Source of the DNA: Glycera tridactyla
Lineage: Eukaryota
Length of the DNA: 64,000 nucleotides
Reading direction: 5' to 3'
NCBI GenBank assembly: GCA_965644265.1
Contig: OZ286463.1
Coordinates: 94,798,001-94,862,000, forward strand
Shown here: piece after piece, positions 42,201 to 55,582 of the stretch
Position numbering within the stretch: position 1 is the first letter of the stretch
Layout: each line of letters starts with the position of its first letter
The notes under the pieces: model-generated
Seen by the model: only the letters and a program-made list of their open reading frames with translations
The model's database searches: none
What the model was told of the DNA's origin: nothing
Made by a program: the position numbers and the translations under genes

Positions 42201-45074
42201 TGGATCCAACCCATTATATCGGACATATATAATCCTGCCTGGGTTGAAGGGATGTAATATTACTCTATCAAACTCAACCTTCAGATCGCAGTGTTTGAAA
42301 TATTTGGTATCCTGTTTGAGAAGTGCAGTATATTTCTTTCCATTTCATGACAGCCATTATTAGCAAGATGGATTCATGGGAAGCAATTTCTGAGGAAGTT
42401 TCTCGTGTAATTTTGCCTATGATAATATCGAAGTGACATCAAGTATTACTCAAGCAATCTATGGCGATCCTCATGAATGCCGGTTGAATATTCAAGAAAA
42501 CTGCATCAGCATGATCATCGATTACCTCCTGAACTAAACTCCTAGTACTGTTAAAAGCATCATGTTGAGTAGTAGAGGTGTGTCTGAACTGTCAGCTACT
42601 TCCACTTCAGGTTTCCCATCATCTTGTGTTCAGGGTTTGTGAGAGAGATGTCTACAGGGGAGAAAACATCTAGCTCTATCGACCAGGAACACATAGCATA
42701 CATAACCTTAGGGTTGATACATGCCATTAATCCTTCTTGAGCATGAAGTGAATTTGTGCCTCAGATCTGATTTTAGGTGACAGTCACATAAGATGTGCTG
42801 GCAAAGATGCCATTTATCAAGTTGCAGATTACTTACCATGATATTGACAATTTCAAAATCACAACAGAAATCGGATGATCTCTGAGAATGTCATTTGTTG
42901 ATTTCAATAGAGTATCAGTCTAACAATCTTTGAATTTGGCAGCCTTGAACAAGACTGTTCTTCAGAGAATAAAGAGGGATCAGATTGACCCGTGGATCAG
43001 TTACTTTTCAGTGTTTCACAATTTGGGTTCTCCACATTTGACTTTGTCAAATACTTAGAGAGATCACTGATTTTGCTGTTTCTCAGTGTCTTGCTCCAGT
43101 GTCTGATTGACGCCCTGCATAGAGTCTGGCAAGGTGTAAGTCACCACCATAAGATCAATGGATGATGACTTCTCATCATATCTGAGATATGATGTTGAAA
43201 AATAGTTTTTTGTGGTACTCACAGTGAGAAGACTTTGAAGTAGGAACTTTGAAAATGCATCCACATTCTTTCATGAACTACTGGTTGTTGAAACTTCACT
43301 CTTGCTAAATATACCTGCACGTTCCTCACAAGAGTCCCAGTTCCGAAGCATGCGTCTGTCCTTGTATGGTACCTGTATAAGCAACGCCCAAGACCCTGGC
43401 GATGTGACGCGTGTGGTGTGGCAATAATTAAAAAGCCGGAAACTTCGTCATGACTCTTCAAGCAATTGTGCAGGAACAATGATCATCACATTGTCTTTTC
43501 TGTTGACTGTGTCTTCGGTATCTTTATGATATACCATCTGACCTCCGCATATGTCTACATATTGTATAACTATGTTTATCTCTGTTGTTGCCGGTAATTT
43601 TAAGGCTTTTTCTCCATTTAATCAAGGCCATTTTTGGATTATTCTGTTGCATGATATTGGTTGTTTTTATGTGGCTTGGTGCATGTCAGGATGCTGGCAA
43701 AATAGTACATAGATGTAGAATGGGTGCTTGTATTTTAGAAATGTGAGAAAAAGTCTTGAGAATTTGATCCATTGTGCATGGATATACAGTACTGATTACT
43801 TGTGTCAATGACTTGTATTGCCAGCTCAAGGAGGATGATGAGACATTTTATTTGATTCAATGGTTATTCTGTTGTATCTCTTGAGATGGTAATACCATGT
43901 CATATTGTAATTGAACAGAAACTACCATCAGGGATATCTTTACATTTCATTTGTATATCAGCTAGTGTGGATGTTTTTAGTGAGCTGTACAATTCTAATA
44001 TTGCATCTTCATTGAAATCATATGGTTGCTATGCAGGATGTCTACACTTATAGATGGGGGAATGATATGACTGAGGAATGTTAATGATATGATAGTAGTG
44101 GGTAAATGTGGTTAAAATGATAATCATGACATAGTTTGGGTTATATGACTACTACATGTACAAATACAGCACAGCTACGACTGAAGTATTCAATATTCGG
44201 ATTGTTTTTTTCATCCTATTTTTATGCCCAGATTAGGCCTGTATTGCTGCAACATGTACAAATGGAAGATCAATAATTTTTCAAGTAATCAGTATTTAGC
44301 TTCTGTTTGGACCGATTTCTATATGGGATGATTGAGACATTCCACCCTTGTGAGGATAGATATGTGCCATACATTGCAATCATTTACATGAGATGGCATT
44401 CATTTCAGGCTGACCTCTCCTTTGGATATGAGATTGAATTTTTTTTTAGATATGGGTGTTCTTAAGCAGGAAGGACTGAGGGTTGTGTAATTGATCACTG
44501 AAGATGCCAGACTAGAAATTGAATCTGCTCAAGCAACCTCCTCTCTACAAAGGCTAACTACCCACAAAGGCCACTATATGACACAGCTAAAGGTGGCCTT
44601 CGTACATTTCGACAGCATGAATACACCCAGTCATACTTCCAAAATACTTTACATGCACTGATCATGAGTGCAGGAGAGTCTAAGATTTGTTCCAAGATAT
44701 TTGTGTTCAGGGTTTGTGAGAGTGATGTCTGCTGGGGAGAGAACATCTATCTTTCATTGACTAGGAACACACGGCATACATTATATTCTAGGTTGATACA
44801 TGCCGTTAAACATCAAACATACAAACTTCAATGGCTAATGTAACAGATTTGGTTTAATTCAGTACCATGATTTCATATTTGCCGTGGTGCTTTTATACTG
44901 ATTGATCTTCAGTAGTAGCCTTTATTGGCAGAATGAGGTGACTAAGACTGCATTCGATGATCTGGACTGTGTGCCAGTATATAGTATTGACCCCAGTGTG
45001 TTACAATTTGTGTTAGTCATTGACCAGAGTTATGCAATCTTTTTAATCATACTGTCTTCAAAAAGATGTAAAGA

Positions 45075-45304
45075 TAGGGTTACATCCAGAGGGGGGGGGG
45101 GGCATGGGGGCATTTCACACATTTTATTGATCATGGCCCCTTTTCACAGAAACTTAGGGCCACAATGCCCCTTAAATCAGCAATGAGGCTGCTCTTTCTG
45201 ATATGAAGTGAACCCATTTGGGGGAATCTTGTGAAGAAATGCCCCCTTTTCTTGAAATTGAGGGGCAAATGCCCCCAATTTGGAAAATCCAGGATGCAAC
45301 CGCG
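45075..45304. mobile_element. Short hAT-like MITE (degenerate TIRs); related end fragment at ~11565-11642
   Basis: TAGGGTTACATCC ... GGATGCAACCGCG. The right part is shared with 11565-11642 (GAAATGCCC-CTTTTCTTG...GGATGCAA). No clear TSD. Confidence 0.5.
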
Positions 45305-47984
45305 CAGATTCTCATCAAGCAGATGGCTCTCGTGGGATAGGGTATAATGGGCTTATACTCCGTCCTATTTTTTCTCATTTTATTTCATTGAATTTCGAAA
45401 ATGAAATGGGTGAAATTATTCTCAGTTACCATGTGAGCTATCAGATGATATTTATGACTTGCATAATCCTAGGGTTGATACATGCCGTTGAACCTCAAAC
45501 AAACAAACAATTTATGACTTGGCTCTGCCTGCCTGATACAGTATTGACTGATGATAATGACTTTTTGTTTTATCTTCTGCAATTGTGGATTTAACATTGA
45601 CAATGAGTGCAGTTGAGGAGGATCCCTGTACTTTCTGATATACCTAGATTCTCCATTCTTTGCCAGAGAGAGTATGTTTGTTAGCAGCAATGTTGATTTA
45701 TGAAATCAATACTTTAGATCTCCTCACTGGAAACAAATGAATCTGAAATCTTGTATTCTGTTTTGGCCAGATTGTTGTTCAGATGCTAATTCATGATAAT
45801 GCATATCTGATTCCGTGACAGAAATAATTTCTTTCCTGCAATGCTCTTTTATCCACTTGAAGCATTGGCAATAATCGCTTATGTCACTTGATATCAGGAG
45901 TGGTTGTGGTATAGCTCTCACTTTCATGATTTTCGATCGGTGTTATGAGATATTGATTTCAGTACAATCTGTAGTTTTTCAGATCATCCACCTCTGCAGA
46001 CACTGCATTCTGGTAGTCTTGGTGGGTGACTATTTTTGGAATTGTTGATTTATTATTAACCATTCCTCGAGTTATAAATATTGATTCTTCTTAATCATTC
46101 AGCTTAAACAATCACTGAATGTGGCTTGTAAATTACAGCAGAGTTTGCTTCTGGTTATATGTTGCATCATGGTATTTCTCATCACCACATGATGGGAGTA
46201 CTACATTCTTTCTTTGTTGGTGATTATGTTCAGGTTCTGGTCCTTGTTCATACTACCAATGTCGAGGCCATGTGAGGAAATCTCTGTTGAATCGGTAACA
46301 CCTCTGCCAAGATGTCCAAGTATGGTCCATGTCTTGCTACTAGGAACAAGGACTGATTGTCTGGGTGGTAGTTTGACAAGTTCAATTGGATGCCAATCCA
46401 TGTTATTGTAGACATCCGTTATTATGTACTTATATATTTCTTGTTCCATAAGAACTTCTCTGTGCTAGGAATGGAGAAAATAGGATCACTGACTTATTTG
46501 TTAAGTCAGTTTCGGGAGTTGATTAATATATGCTGTTGACTATTTTTGAGGGAACCAAAGGGATTGTTTTTTGAATTTTATACAGAGCCTTATAGCTTTG
46601 ACACTTTGCCGCTTTTAAGAGTTTTAGATAGAAAGTAAGTTCTCTGCCTGTATTGGATTTAGTAGAATAGGTATTACAATATAGGAATCAACTTGATACA
46701 GAACAATATGTAAGGCATGAGAATTGAGTTTTCACTTTAATTTTGTCGGCAAGTTTTCTCTCCTTTTGCATGAAGTTGGCATAATGGATAAGATATTGTG
46801 CATGAATATCATGTCATGCCATATATCATGAAACATTATGCGCATAATTAGATACGTTGATAGCAGCTCAGGCTGACATTTCCAAGGTATGCATGTTTTG
46901 AAAATTGTAGGATAGCTGTTCTTGCAGATCTGTGCATTCTCGATGATTTTTTGCATTGTCTGTAGTTGATGACATTTTGCATCATGTTTGAAATTCTGAT
47001 CAAGGTGTATTTTTGGAAGTTATAGTCAGATAGACTGCTTGCAATACAGCTTAGCTGAATTTTCAATCACAGACTTGCATGATGATTCATATTGATATTC
47101 TGGTCAACACAGACATACATGAGCAAAAATTGAAGACACATATTCATATTATCTTCAGCCAAAATTGATATGAGAACATATGATGATTTTGAATCATTTC
47201 ACTGTCTCGACCCATGCAGAGAGTAGATACATGAAATATAGTATATAGTTCTAATAATCCCCATAGCCTCCTCTATTTCGTGAACTGTTTTTTCAGTCAT
47301 ACTTACCCCATTTCCATGAGAATTCTATTATGGGGGAGCATTTCTGCATAAATTGGATTGCGGAATTGGAAAATGCACATTTATCCTGGCTAAAAGAATT
47401 TGACTTCTTGTTTCAAGTATGTTTGAATATCTAAAAAAACAACCCCCCCCCCCCCCCCCCCCCCAGATATCCAGATATGACCAAAGAGACAAAATTGAAG
47501 CTTCATAGTGACAAAATTGAAGCTCCATATGCTCATCAAATTTCCACTCACAGCATGTATGAGAAACCACAACATCTGAATCAAGGGTAGCCTAAGATAT
47601 ATGTTCCTATTTGTTGTAAGCATAATGGCATATACATATACCTGTCTTCTCTGCAGTTGAGCCAGTGTTGAGATTCATCGAGCCTGACTATATCAGAGGG
47701 TTTTAGATGGTATACATTTCAGTAAAATTTTGATACCGTAACAGCCAGACTACTTGGTTTCATTACTACACTATGTGATAATCTACATAAATCTGAGTAG
47801 CAAACCAAAAGATTGGTCAGTAGTACAGACCTTGTATCATAAAAACCAATTCAGATGAAAGGTTGGTAGTAATTCAGTCTAAGTTCAGAATCATTGCACT
47901 CATAAGAGTTTGTAATGAAGCCAGAACCATTGCAGCGTGGTTGACCAGGATTCGTATTTTTGCTCTGTTCTTAAGCTACATTAG

Positions 47985-48056
47985 GTCGACGCGAGGAGGA
48001 GGAATCGGGGCACACTTACCGTAATTTCCTCCGCACCTCTCCCGTGCCTCCACTTG
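47985..48056 (+). CDS. Candidate 72-nt symmetric (phase 1-1) tomosyn cassette exon: (G)RREEEESGHTYRNFLRTSPVPPL
   Basis: Isolated CpG-rich patch. Acceptor tttttgctctgttcttaagctacattag|GT; open only in the phase-1 frame up to TTG|gtagcc (alternative in-phase donor CTA A|gtatat after 48065). No homology evidence. Confidence 0.5.
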
Positions 48057-48149
48057 GTAGCCTAAGTATATAAATCTACATCTTGCATGCTCTATTTTTC
48101 AGTGTCATATCATTGTCCATTTTTGCTTATATATGCAGCTTTGAGTATT

Positions 48150-48800
48150 CTTCATCTAGCTCTACAGGCCTGGCTTGTCAACGGCCAGTAACCATGAAAG
48201 TGACTCCATTCAGCTCATGAATATTCATGTGGAATTCTATGATATCACTGAACTATGTTTTACCCCACTTGAAATTAGTGGACAGTTGCAGAAATATGAT
48301 ATTCAATAAGTGATGAATCAGTGTTTTCTTGCTGTCCGTTTCTTATTTTGAGATCTTCATAATCATATCTGCCAGGAGAAGTGTGCCATAGTGTCTAATA
48401 ATGTGTGAGAAAATGGCACTTCTTACTTGTCTCACTTATCATTTGATTAATTCTAGTAGAAACATATTGTAGCTGAATCCATATACATTGCTTGAATCAG
48501 AATTCGAAAGCTTTATGTCCTGTCAAAACTGGGAGATATGAACATGAATGCTCCATAGGGACAGAAGAAAAGTATTGGTATCCATCAAAAGTTTTCCTGT
48601 TCTGATTAGGAGTTCTTCTAGCTTATACGTTCTCGATTCACTTCCTGAGATTTGATCTCTGATCATCGTGGAGGAATGTCTCGTGATGATCACTGGCTTG
48701 CAGAAATTCAGGTGATAGAGGATGATGACTGAATAGAAGTTTGTCCATTTCAGAACAGGAAACTGATATTGTTTCATATTCCCAGCTGCACTGAAGTGGG
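48150..48800 (-). mobile_element. Decayed LINE (L2/CR1-like) RT remnant
   Basis: Minus-strand PVLK...NFCKPV (cf. PL.KK...NYRPVS) and IIFLQLSTNF (cf. L.FLDLSAAF); heavily degenerate. Confidence 0.35.
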
Positions 48801-51800
48801 TAACAATTGGTCAGAGGAAGTAAAATCTGCGTTATCCAGCTTGTCTGCAGACAACGGTGTGATGAAATGAATTCCTTCTCCTCTCTGCATTTTACATCAA
48901 ACTGCTACATTTTTCAGCTTGTTTGGAAAAGATGAACACCTCTCAACTGGACTCCTGAATCATTTGAAATCATTCTATCATTTTTTGTGATGAACCCCTT
49001 TATCCTTGGCTTCCCTTTTATTACTGACCCCAGCCACGTCTTTCTCAACTTTTCTATTTTGAATGTTTATGAGGAATGAACTCGAAAGTGCTGAACATAT
49101 GGAGTCAAGACAGAAAACACAAGGCGGAATTTGGGGGGCAGGATGTGAAAGGGCTCATTGTTTATCCATTTTCAGATATTTGAGGCTTTGTCTGAACCAG
49201 TTCTACAGAAGTCCTCAATGCTACATATGTGTTAAACATGGCTCATTCAGGCTTTGGCTAAATGCTGTATCAATTTGAGATCCACCATTGATGGAAATGG
49301 AAAAGTCCCATTATGAATGTGTTGTGGTTGTTCATAATATTTGAGGAACCGAGCCAGTAGATATGTGGGTGTAAGAGAATCAGCCGTGTGTGGGACCCGC
49401 ATTGATGTGTGATGCACAGCCATGCTGCTGAGTGTTGTACCCCACCACCCATGTGGCGCGCGCACATATATATGCATATAATCTATCTGCACCAAGGCGT
49501 GTTCAACATCAGGATGGTCATGGCTATCAGGCGGATAACAAAATTGCCAAGGAAAGATTCGTATTACCAAAAATGAACGGGTGTGTGATTAATAAATTGA
49601 TGTTGATGTTCTCAATTGCCATGGTTTGCTTGGTAACCCTTGGCAAAAAATGGTATCTGCATCATTTTGAGTGCAGATTGGCCGTTAATAAAGTCCAAGT
49701 GTAACAAGGACGCAATCAACTAGTGGGATAACAAAGATGCCAGGTCTTTTCTTGAGTGTAGTACATTTATGTAACCACCGATCCGATCCATATGATAGCC
49801 ATGACTTTTGCACTGGAGTTGTGTCTTAGAAAGGCTGACTGCAGGTCCTTGAGAGCCTGTTCTTGCCTGCAGGGGTACCAGTACCTACCTGTTGGGCAGT
49901 AACAGTCTCTGGGAGTGAGGATGCCTTCAGGAGACATGACTCCAATGACTATAGTGTTGTCCTGTTGTCATCCCAACCAGTACACTTCATGTATGATTAC
50001 AAAGCTCCAGTCACCAACTAGTATAGTCACCTTCAAGATTTTCCGTTTTTGTTGAACCCAATTTATTTCGATGATACCTTTCTCAAACCACTTCTTGTGT
50101 GTCTTTTCTTGAATTTCGACTGTCATTTACTCATCCGGGTCAGGCATTATTCTGGTAACATGTGATTTGGGATGAATGCTATTTGTTCATTCCTTCTCCT
50201 GGTTTGCAAAAGAAGGTTTGAATTTAGTGTGAATACCGAGTATTCCCTCCATAGTATAATCCTCACCCAGTGGCATATCTTCATGCTCTGCCCAAAGTCT
50301 CAGAGCACATGATAGAAACCAAACGATAGGCATTGCATTTTTATTGTTGGATGTACAGTATGTTGAATAATGCAACTTTCCGTTTGAAGATGCCGAATCA
50401 GCAGGGGCACCTTAGAAGCTGGTGTAAATCATATGGGCATCGTAACATAACACTTGAATGATGATAAGAGTGCAAAAAGGACAAATCAACCAACCAGTAG
50501 AGCATTCTGTCATTAATTGGTTGCACCAACAACCAAAGTGTACAGCCAACTACCAGCAAATTCACTGGTCCCTGAGAAAACATTGCTTGGAATATCAAGC
50601 ATCCATCATTGATGGAAAAACTGATAGTACAATGATGAGGAAGAAGTTTTCAAGGATTCATCTGCATCATTCTTTCAGACCATGGGAAATGAGATGCTGC
50701 GTCCTCATTTAATATTTGGCCAGTGATTTGATGACTTTTTAAGAAATTGTAGGTGTTTAGCGGGAGGTCACTGCCGACGTCTATTTATACCTCTATGCGT
50801 ATGCAGAATGTTGTATGTAACAGAGAATCTGAATAATAGACATATTGGTTTGACAATAAATTCACCCAGTGAGCAAGCCAGCAATTCTTTATTTTGGATT
50901 TATTTATTGGAACATTCTTTTGGAACCTGCCATAGTGTCTGGCTCAGATTTTGTTTGCTGGCATGCCTAATAAAGTCTGAATAAATTGGTCATTAATATG
51001 TAATAGGCCTTATTATTGTGGTGACTGGAGCTGTTAATTATTGACTAAATGGCTTAAATATTTTATTACTAGGTGTCTCGGCATCTGTAAGGAGTGATTC
51101 ATTAATCTATGTATCACATTAAGAATGGGGCATTGCCATTCCTGCCGTTATATCAGCATTCAGCTTTCATCATATGTGCATGGAGGGGACACCTATCTCT
51201 TGATCTTGTTCATAGAAATATCAAAGTATTTTAGATGGAATGTAATACAACTTGGCATTGTACTGGTTCTATTCTTGTGATTTATTCCCTAGACTTTAAT
51301 GTGAAATAACTGCCCCTAACTTCCTGTGTCATTATTCCCTTAATGAAGTCACTTTATCCTTATTCCCATCTTAATGTGTATTTGGACACACTGTGCATGG
51401 TGCATCGGAAGCTTAAGGGCATTAAACTTAAGGCTAATGCTTGGTGACGGTGTTATGCTAGACAAAAGATATGACTTCATTCAAGTGGAAATGTACATCA
51501 GATTGACTAGATGTCCACAATCACTCAAACATTGATAGTTATGTTCTATGAAATCATGCTGAGCTTTTGATATAGGTTGGTTACCATGCTGGGCAAATCT
51601 AAGCAGTGGCCCAGCAAACCTAGATCCAAAAATTGGAAGCCTGTTGCAGGACAAGAATTTGTTATACAGCATTAAAATTGGCCCCAAAGCAGTGAATCCA
51701 ATGGCATTGGTCTCAGTTCTGATGTTGATGCCATGATTCGACCCAGCAGCAGCAGCACAGTGGCTAATTCAGAAGTACATATTAAACAATCAACAACCAC

Positions 51801-52569
51801 CGTCTCTTCAGGAAATGCAATTCAGCAGTCAACCACGTTCAGCAGTCATCAATGGGAATCCAGATTCTCTCCATGCTGACTAGCTTCCACTCAATTGAGT
51901 ATTGGATTTAGCTTTTGGCACTGATGAACTCTTAGCATATGTAGGTCATTCAGTATTCTTGGCTGTGCATATCCTTGAATATTCAGATTTGCTCAAGCTT
52001 GATTTTGCCTGCAGTGGGATGCATGCATTTGTGAAGTTCTATAAACTTCCAGGATATTGGAATTAAAGAGTCATGTGCACATGTGACTCATGATCACGGT
52101 GTTAACTTTACCATCTTCTTCGCCCTTCAAACTAAAGATTACTCTGTGCTCGTCACTGTCTTGGACAGAGACAATTCGATGTTTCTTGCTTTCTCCATTC
52201 ATTACTCATTATTCATTACTCACATCATTGCAGTGTGGAAAAATGGCCTGACCATCTATGTTTCTTTTTCCTGGATTCTAGATGAACTTCTCCTCTTCAG
52301 TGCTGAATGATATATCCGTGCATCCACTTACTATTGTTGGATAGAATGTCTTTCTTAGTCTTCTCACATTTGAGTCTTATTATATCCCTGATCTCGACCA
52401 GTGTAATTTTCGTAAGAGACATGTACCATTGTACGGTATGTGTATGCAGTCAGCAGAATTCCAATTCATATAATGATATAAATGAAACATATGACTCTTG
52501 ATCCACCTGATATACATAAATTTTTTCATAGTAATTCACATGTTTTACCCATGCCCTCCAGGTTTGAAT

Positions 52570-52743
52570 GTGTCTGGACTGTCAGCTAATTCCACTTGAC
52601 AACCATTCAGGTTCCCCATCATCTTGTGTTCAGGGTTTTTGAGAGAGATGTCTGCAGGGGAGAGAACATCTAGCTTTCAGTAACCAGGACACGGTATACA
52701 TAACCCAAGGGTTGATACGTGCTGTTAAACCTCAAACAAACAA
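52570..52743 (+). mobile_element. SINE-like 3' fragment ending in an (AAAC)n tail; related copies at ~17085-17209, 42579-42733, 44700-44826 and 45463-45508
   Basis: Five dispersed same-strand copies share ...GACCAGGAACACA-GCATACATAA-C-TAGGGTTGATACATGCC-TTAA-CCTCAAACAAAC. No tRNA-like head was identified. Confidence 0.65.
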
Positions 52744-53649
52744 TCCAGGTTTGAATGATGAATGACAATGTAGTCAGAGTTCAGCAAATATCCTTTTGAG
52801 GGCAGTTGGACTTCAGATCATCATAGCACAGCTCATTTCTGAGGTTAAAGATAGGAAAATGGAAATTATTCATACAAGTCCCAGTTCTTCACATGGACGA
52901 TTCTCCTCAGTGACTCATGGTCTTACCGAGTCCCACCAATATCTGAGATAGTGGAGTAGCTCTCATCTCAGTGTTGATATATGAGTGTTACATCTCCTTT
53001 AGATTTACAGAATGGAATCATGAAATGTCTTTTTGGATAAAAGAGATTTTCAAATTGTGTAATGAATCATATGATTGGTTCTCCACTCCATGCATCCCAT
53101 CATGCAGTTCTTCATTTTTTGCAGGTATCCAGTTACATGAAATACTACTAAAAGCTATTTGCTTCTCTTGTTGTACTCTTACCCATTCCAGGTTATTTCT
53201 CGCCAGTGATGTCTTTAAAAAGACTGCTACCCACTAACTCTTCTCTCTTAACTATATTGAAACTAACATTTTTCATAGCTTCAGTTCTCATACTGCTTCT
53301 TTCTTATTATTAAGTTGTTTCATGATTTTCTTGGTTTTGTATTATATTAGTATGCTTCATTGTATTTTTTTCTTTTTAGTTTCCATGATTATGGCTAAAC
53401 CTCTGAAATCACCAATCCAGAAGATTTCATGTATTTGTATCATTCAGTGCAGCGTGACTTGTGACTAAAATGCTGTGGACTGTTAATTCACTTGCCGGCA
53501 AGGTGGCTGGTGATGAGTGAAAGACATCATTTCTGTCCAATACTCATCAATACCCCTGTTGACAGTGAACTAAAAGGCTAAAATAACACTATCAGAAGCT
53601 TTATTTGAATCAAGAAATCAAAGCAAGCATTGTATTGTGGGACTCTCAC

Positions 53650-53960
53650 TACATCAATAGCTTGGACCATTGTTGGTGAATTTCTTGGTTTATTTTTTTT
53701 TATATCTTATATGCTAGAATACCCATCGTACTTAATAAATCTCAAGAGAATGATACATATGGTATAAAACTGTCAAGCTTTTTGCACCACATTTCCCCGT
53801 CTTGCACCATTTCTGTTGTACTTATATCTATCCTGATGGAGTATGATTTAAACTCATCATTGAGTTGCCAGATGAATTTTACCTTTTCTTCCTGAATAGA
53901 GTCTTATTATAACATTCCCCTTGAAGTTTGTGACCGTTATCATGTCACATATAGCAGGTA
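53650..53960 (-). mobile_element. Decayed Gypsy-type integrase remnant
   Basis: Minus-strand HDNGHK (cf. SDNGPQF) followed by NRNGARRGNVVQKA (cf. QSNG.AER.VQT.K). Confidence 0.35.
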
Positions 53961-54277
53961 TTATAGAAAATTCTTAGGAGACAATGAAAGATAATATTGA
54001 TCTGACTAACGGGTGGAATCCCTACATCTACTCAATCAAATGTGATTTCTATGAATAGATTCAAACACAACTTTGGCTTTTAAAAATTCCCAGTTTATTA
54101 AGATTTTGTGGGAAATTTGGAACATTTTGTTCATTTGACATCAATAAGTTGCTGTTATCATTTTTCTCATACATGGCAATGCCATGTGTATATTCCTTTG
54201 ATTTAATTTTAGTTTTATTGGTCATATGGCTTATATAAGAATGCTGGCTCATTATGTCTTGTGATTGGCTGTTGCAG

Positions 54278-54394
54278 ACAAGACGGATAGTTCCTTTTCT
54301 CGATCACGCAGCTCCAGTATGTCCAGTCTGGAGAATATCACCAAAGAGGCGATATCGTGCCTCGTGTTCGCTGACGCTTATACCAGGAAATCAG
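54278..54394 (+). CDS. STXBP5: Tomosyn internal exon (phase 1-1): (D)KTDSSFSRSRSSSMSSLENITKEAISCLVFADAYTRKS
   Basis: Acceptor gttgcag|AC and donor TCA G|gtgatg. Matches the tomosyn signature DNSFSRSRSSSVTSIDKESREAISALHF..TFTRK (recalled). Confidence 0.93.
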
Positions 54395-55247
54395 GTGATG
54401 CCTTTTCTATCTATGATTGGGATAGGAGGCGGTATAAATGCTGCATATCAATTTTATTCGATGTTTTACTAACTCCAGCCAGGGGAAGTCATATGTCTAT
54501 GCTGTGTATGGGGGTTTGTCACCTGATCAATTCACCTAATGTTAGATAGTTGTAGTAATGTTGTAGTAATGCTGTAAGTATATCTGAATATAAATATGAA
54601 ATACAAACATGAGAAAGAGGGAGAACCACATTTGAGAATTGCTGGGTGGGTAGTTGTGGATGTGGATGCAAAGGGGTCCATCAAATATATGAAAAGATCA
54701 ATAAAGAAGTCTCCCTTCTTCAGGGGTGTGGTATTTAAAGGTCCAAAACCTCCACCTGGTATTTCACTGATGACCTGTCCGACTCTGCATCAGCTTGTCT
54801 TTAGAGTGTACCTGCAGACCCATCTATCTATTGTAAATGTTTTTAAAGAACATACACCCTGGTCATCCAGTCACATCTCTCATTTACTCATGATCATCAA
54901 TCCTGCTATTTCTTTAAATGTAGGTTTGTCAACTTAATGAGAAACGAGGCTTGTTTCCCAATGAAACAGTCATTGATATGTTCATCGAAATTGTGTGCAC
55001 AAATGAACAAGAGTAGATCCAGTTGCAATATTCAAAATCATGCTTCAAACACTGCTACTTGATATCGAGGGAAGTGATGTGTAAGTTTGAGCAACAGTCG
55101 AAGAGAATGCCGGAAAATTTCTTTGGATATAGTTTTGTTAACGAAAAGCACTCCCTCAATCCCATTGTTCACAAGTTGACATGTTATCTGTTTTTCTATG
55201 AAGTCTATCCTTGAATAATGATTGAATGTGTAATCTTGTTTTGCCAG

Positions 55248-55370
55248 ATCTGATGACGGTCCCATGCTTATGGGTGGGAACCAGTTTAGGATCAGTACTA
55301 GTCATCAATCTACAACTTCCAGCAGAAGGCGACCCACGGAAAACACAACCAGTGATTGTTTCACCTAGTG
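55248..55370 (+). CDS. STXBP5: Tomosyn internal exon (phase 1-1): (D)LMTVPCLWVGTSLGSVLVINLQLPAEGDPRKTQPVIVSPS
   Basis: Acceptor cttgttttgccag|AT and donor AGT G|gtaagt. Near-identical to vertebrate PCLWVGTTLGTVLVIALNLP...QPVIVSPSG (recalled). Confidence 0.95.
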
Positions 55371-55582
55371 GTAAGTCATACTTGTTTTGTGTCTGTGGAG
55401 CATTGATTTACTATCCACAGAATACAATCTTTGACTAATTAAAGACAAACAATTCATAGAATATATAATATTGTGGTACAATATGATTTATCCACTTGCA
55501 GTTATGCTTGGGTCTGCCTTGATCAAGACCCATCAAATCATATCTGTTCACTTATTGAGGACATATTCATGGACCATTCCTG

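Noticed and set aside
49496-49704. Additional tomosyn exon within ORF 49432-49704
   Set aside because: No AG/GT pair gives a stop-free phase 0->1 or 1->1 exon.
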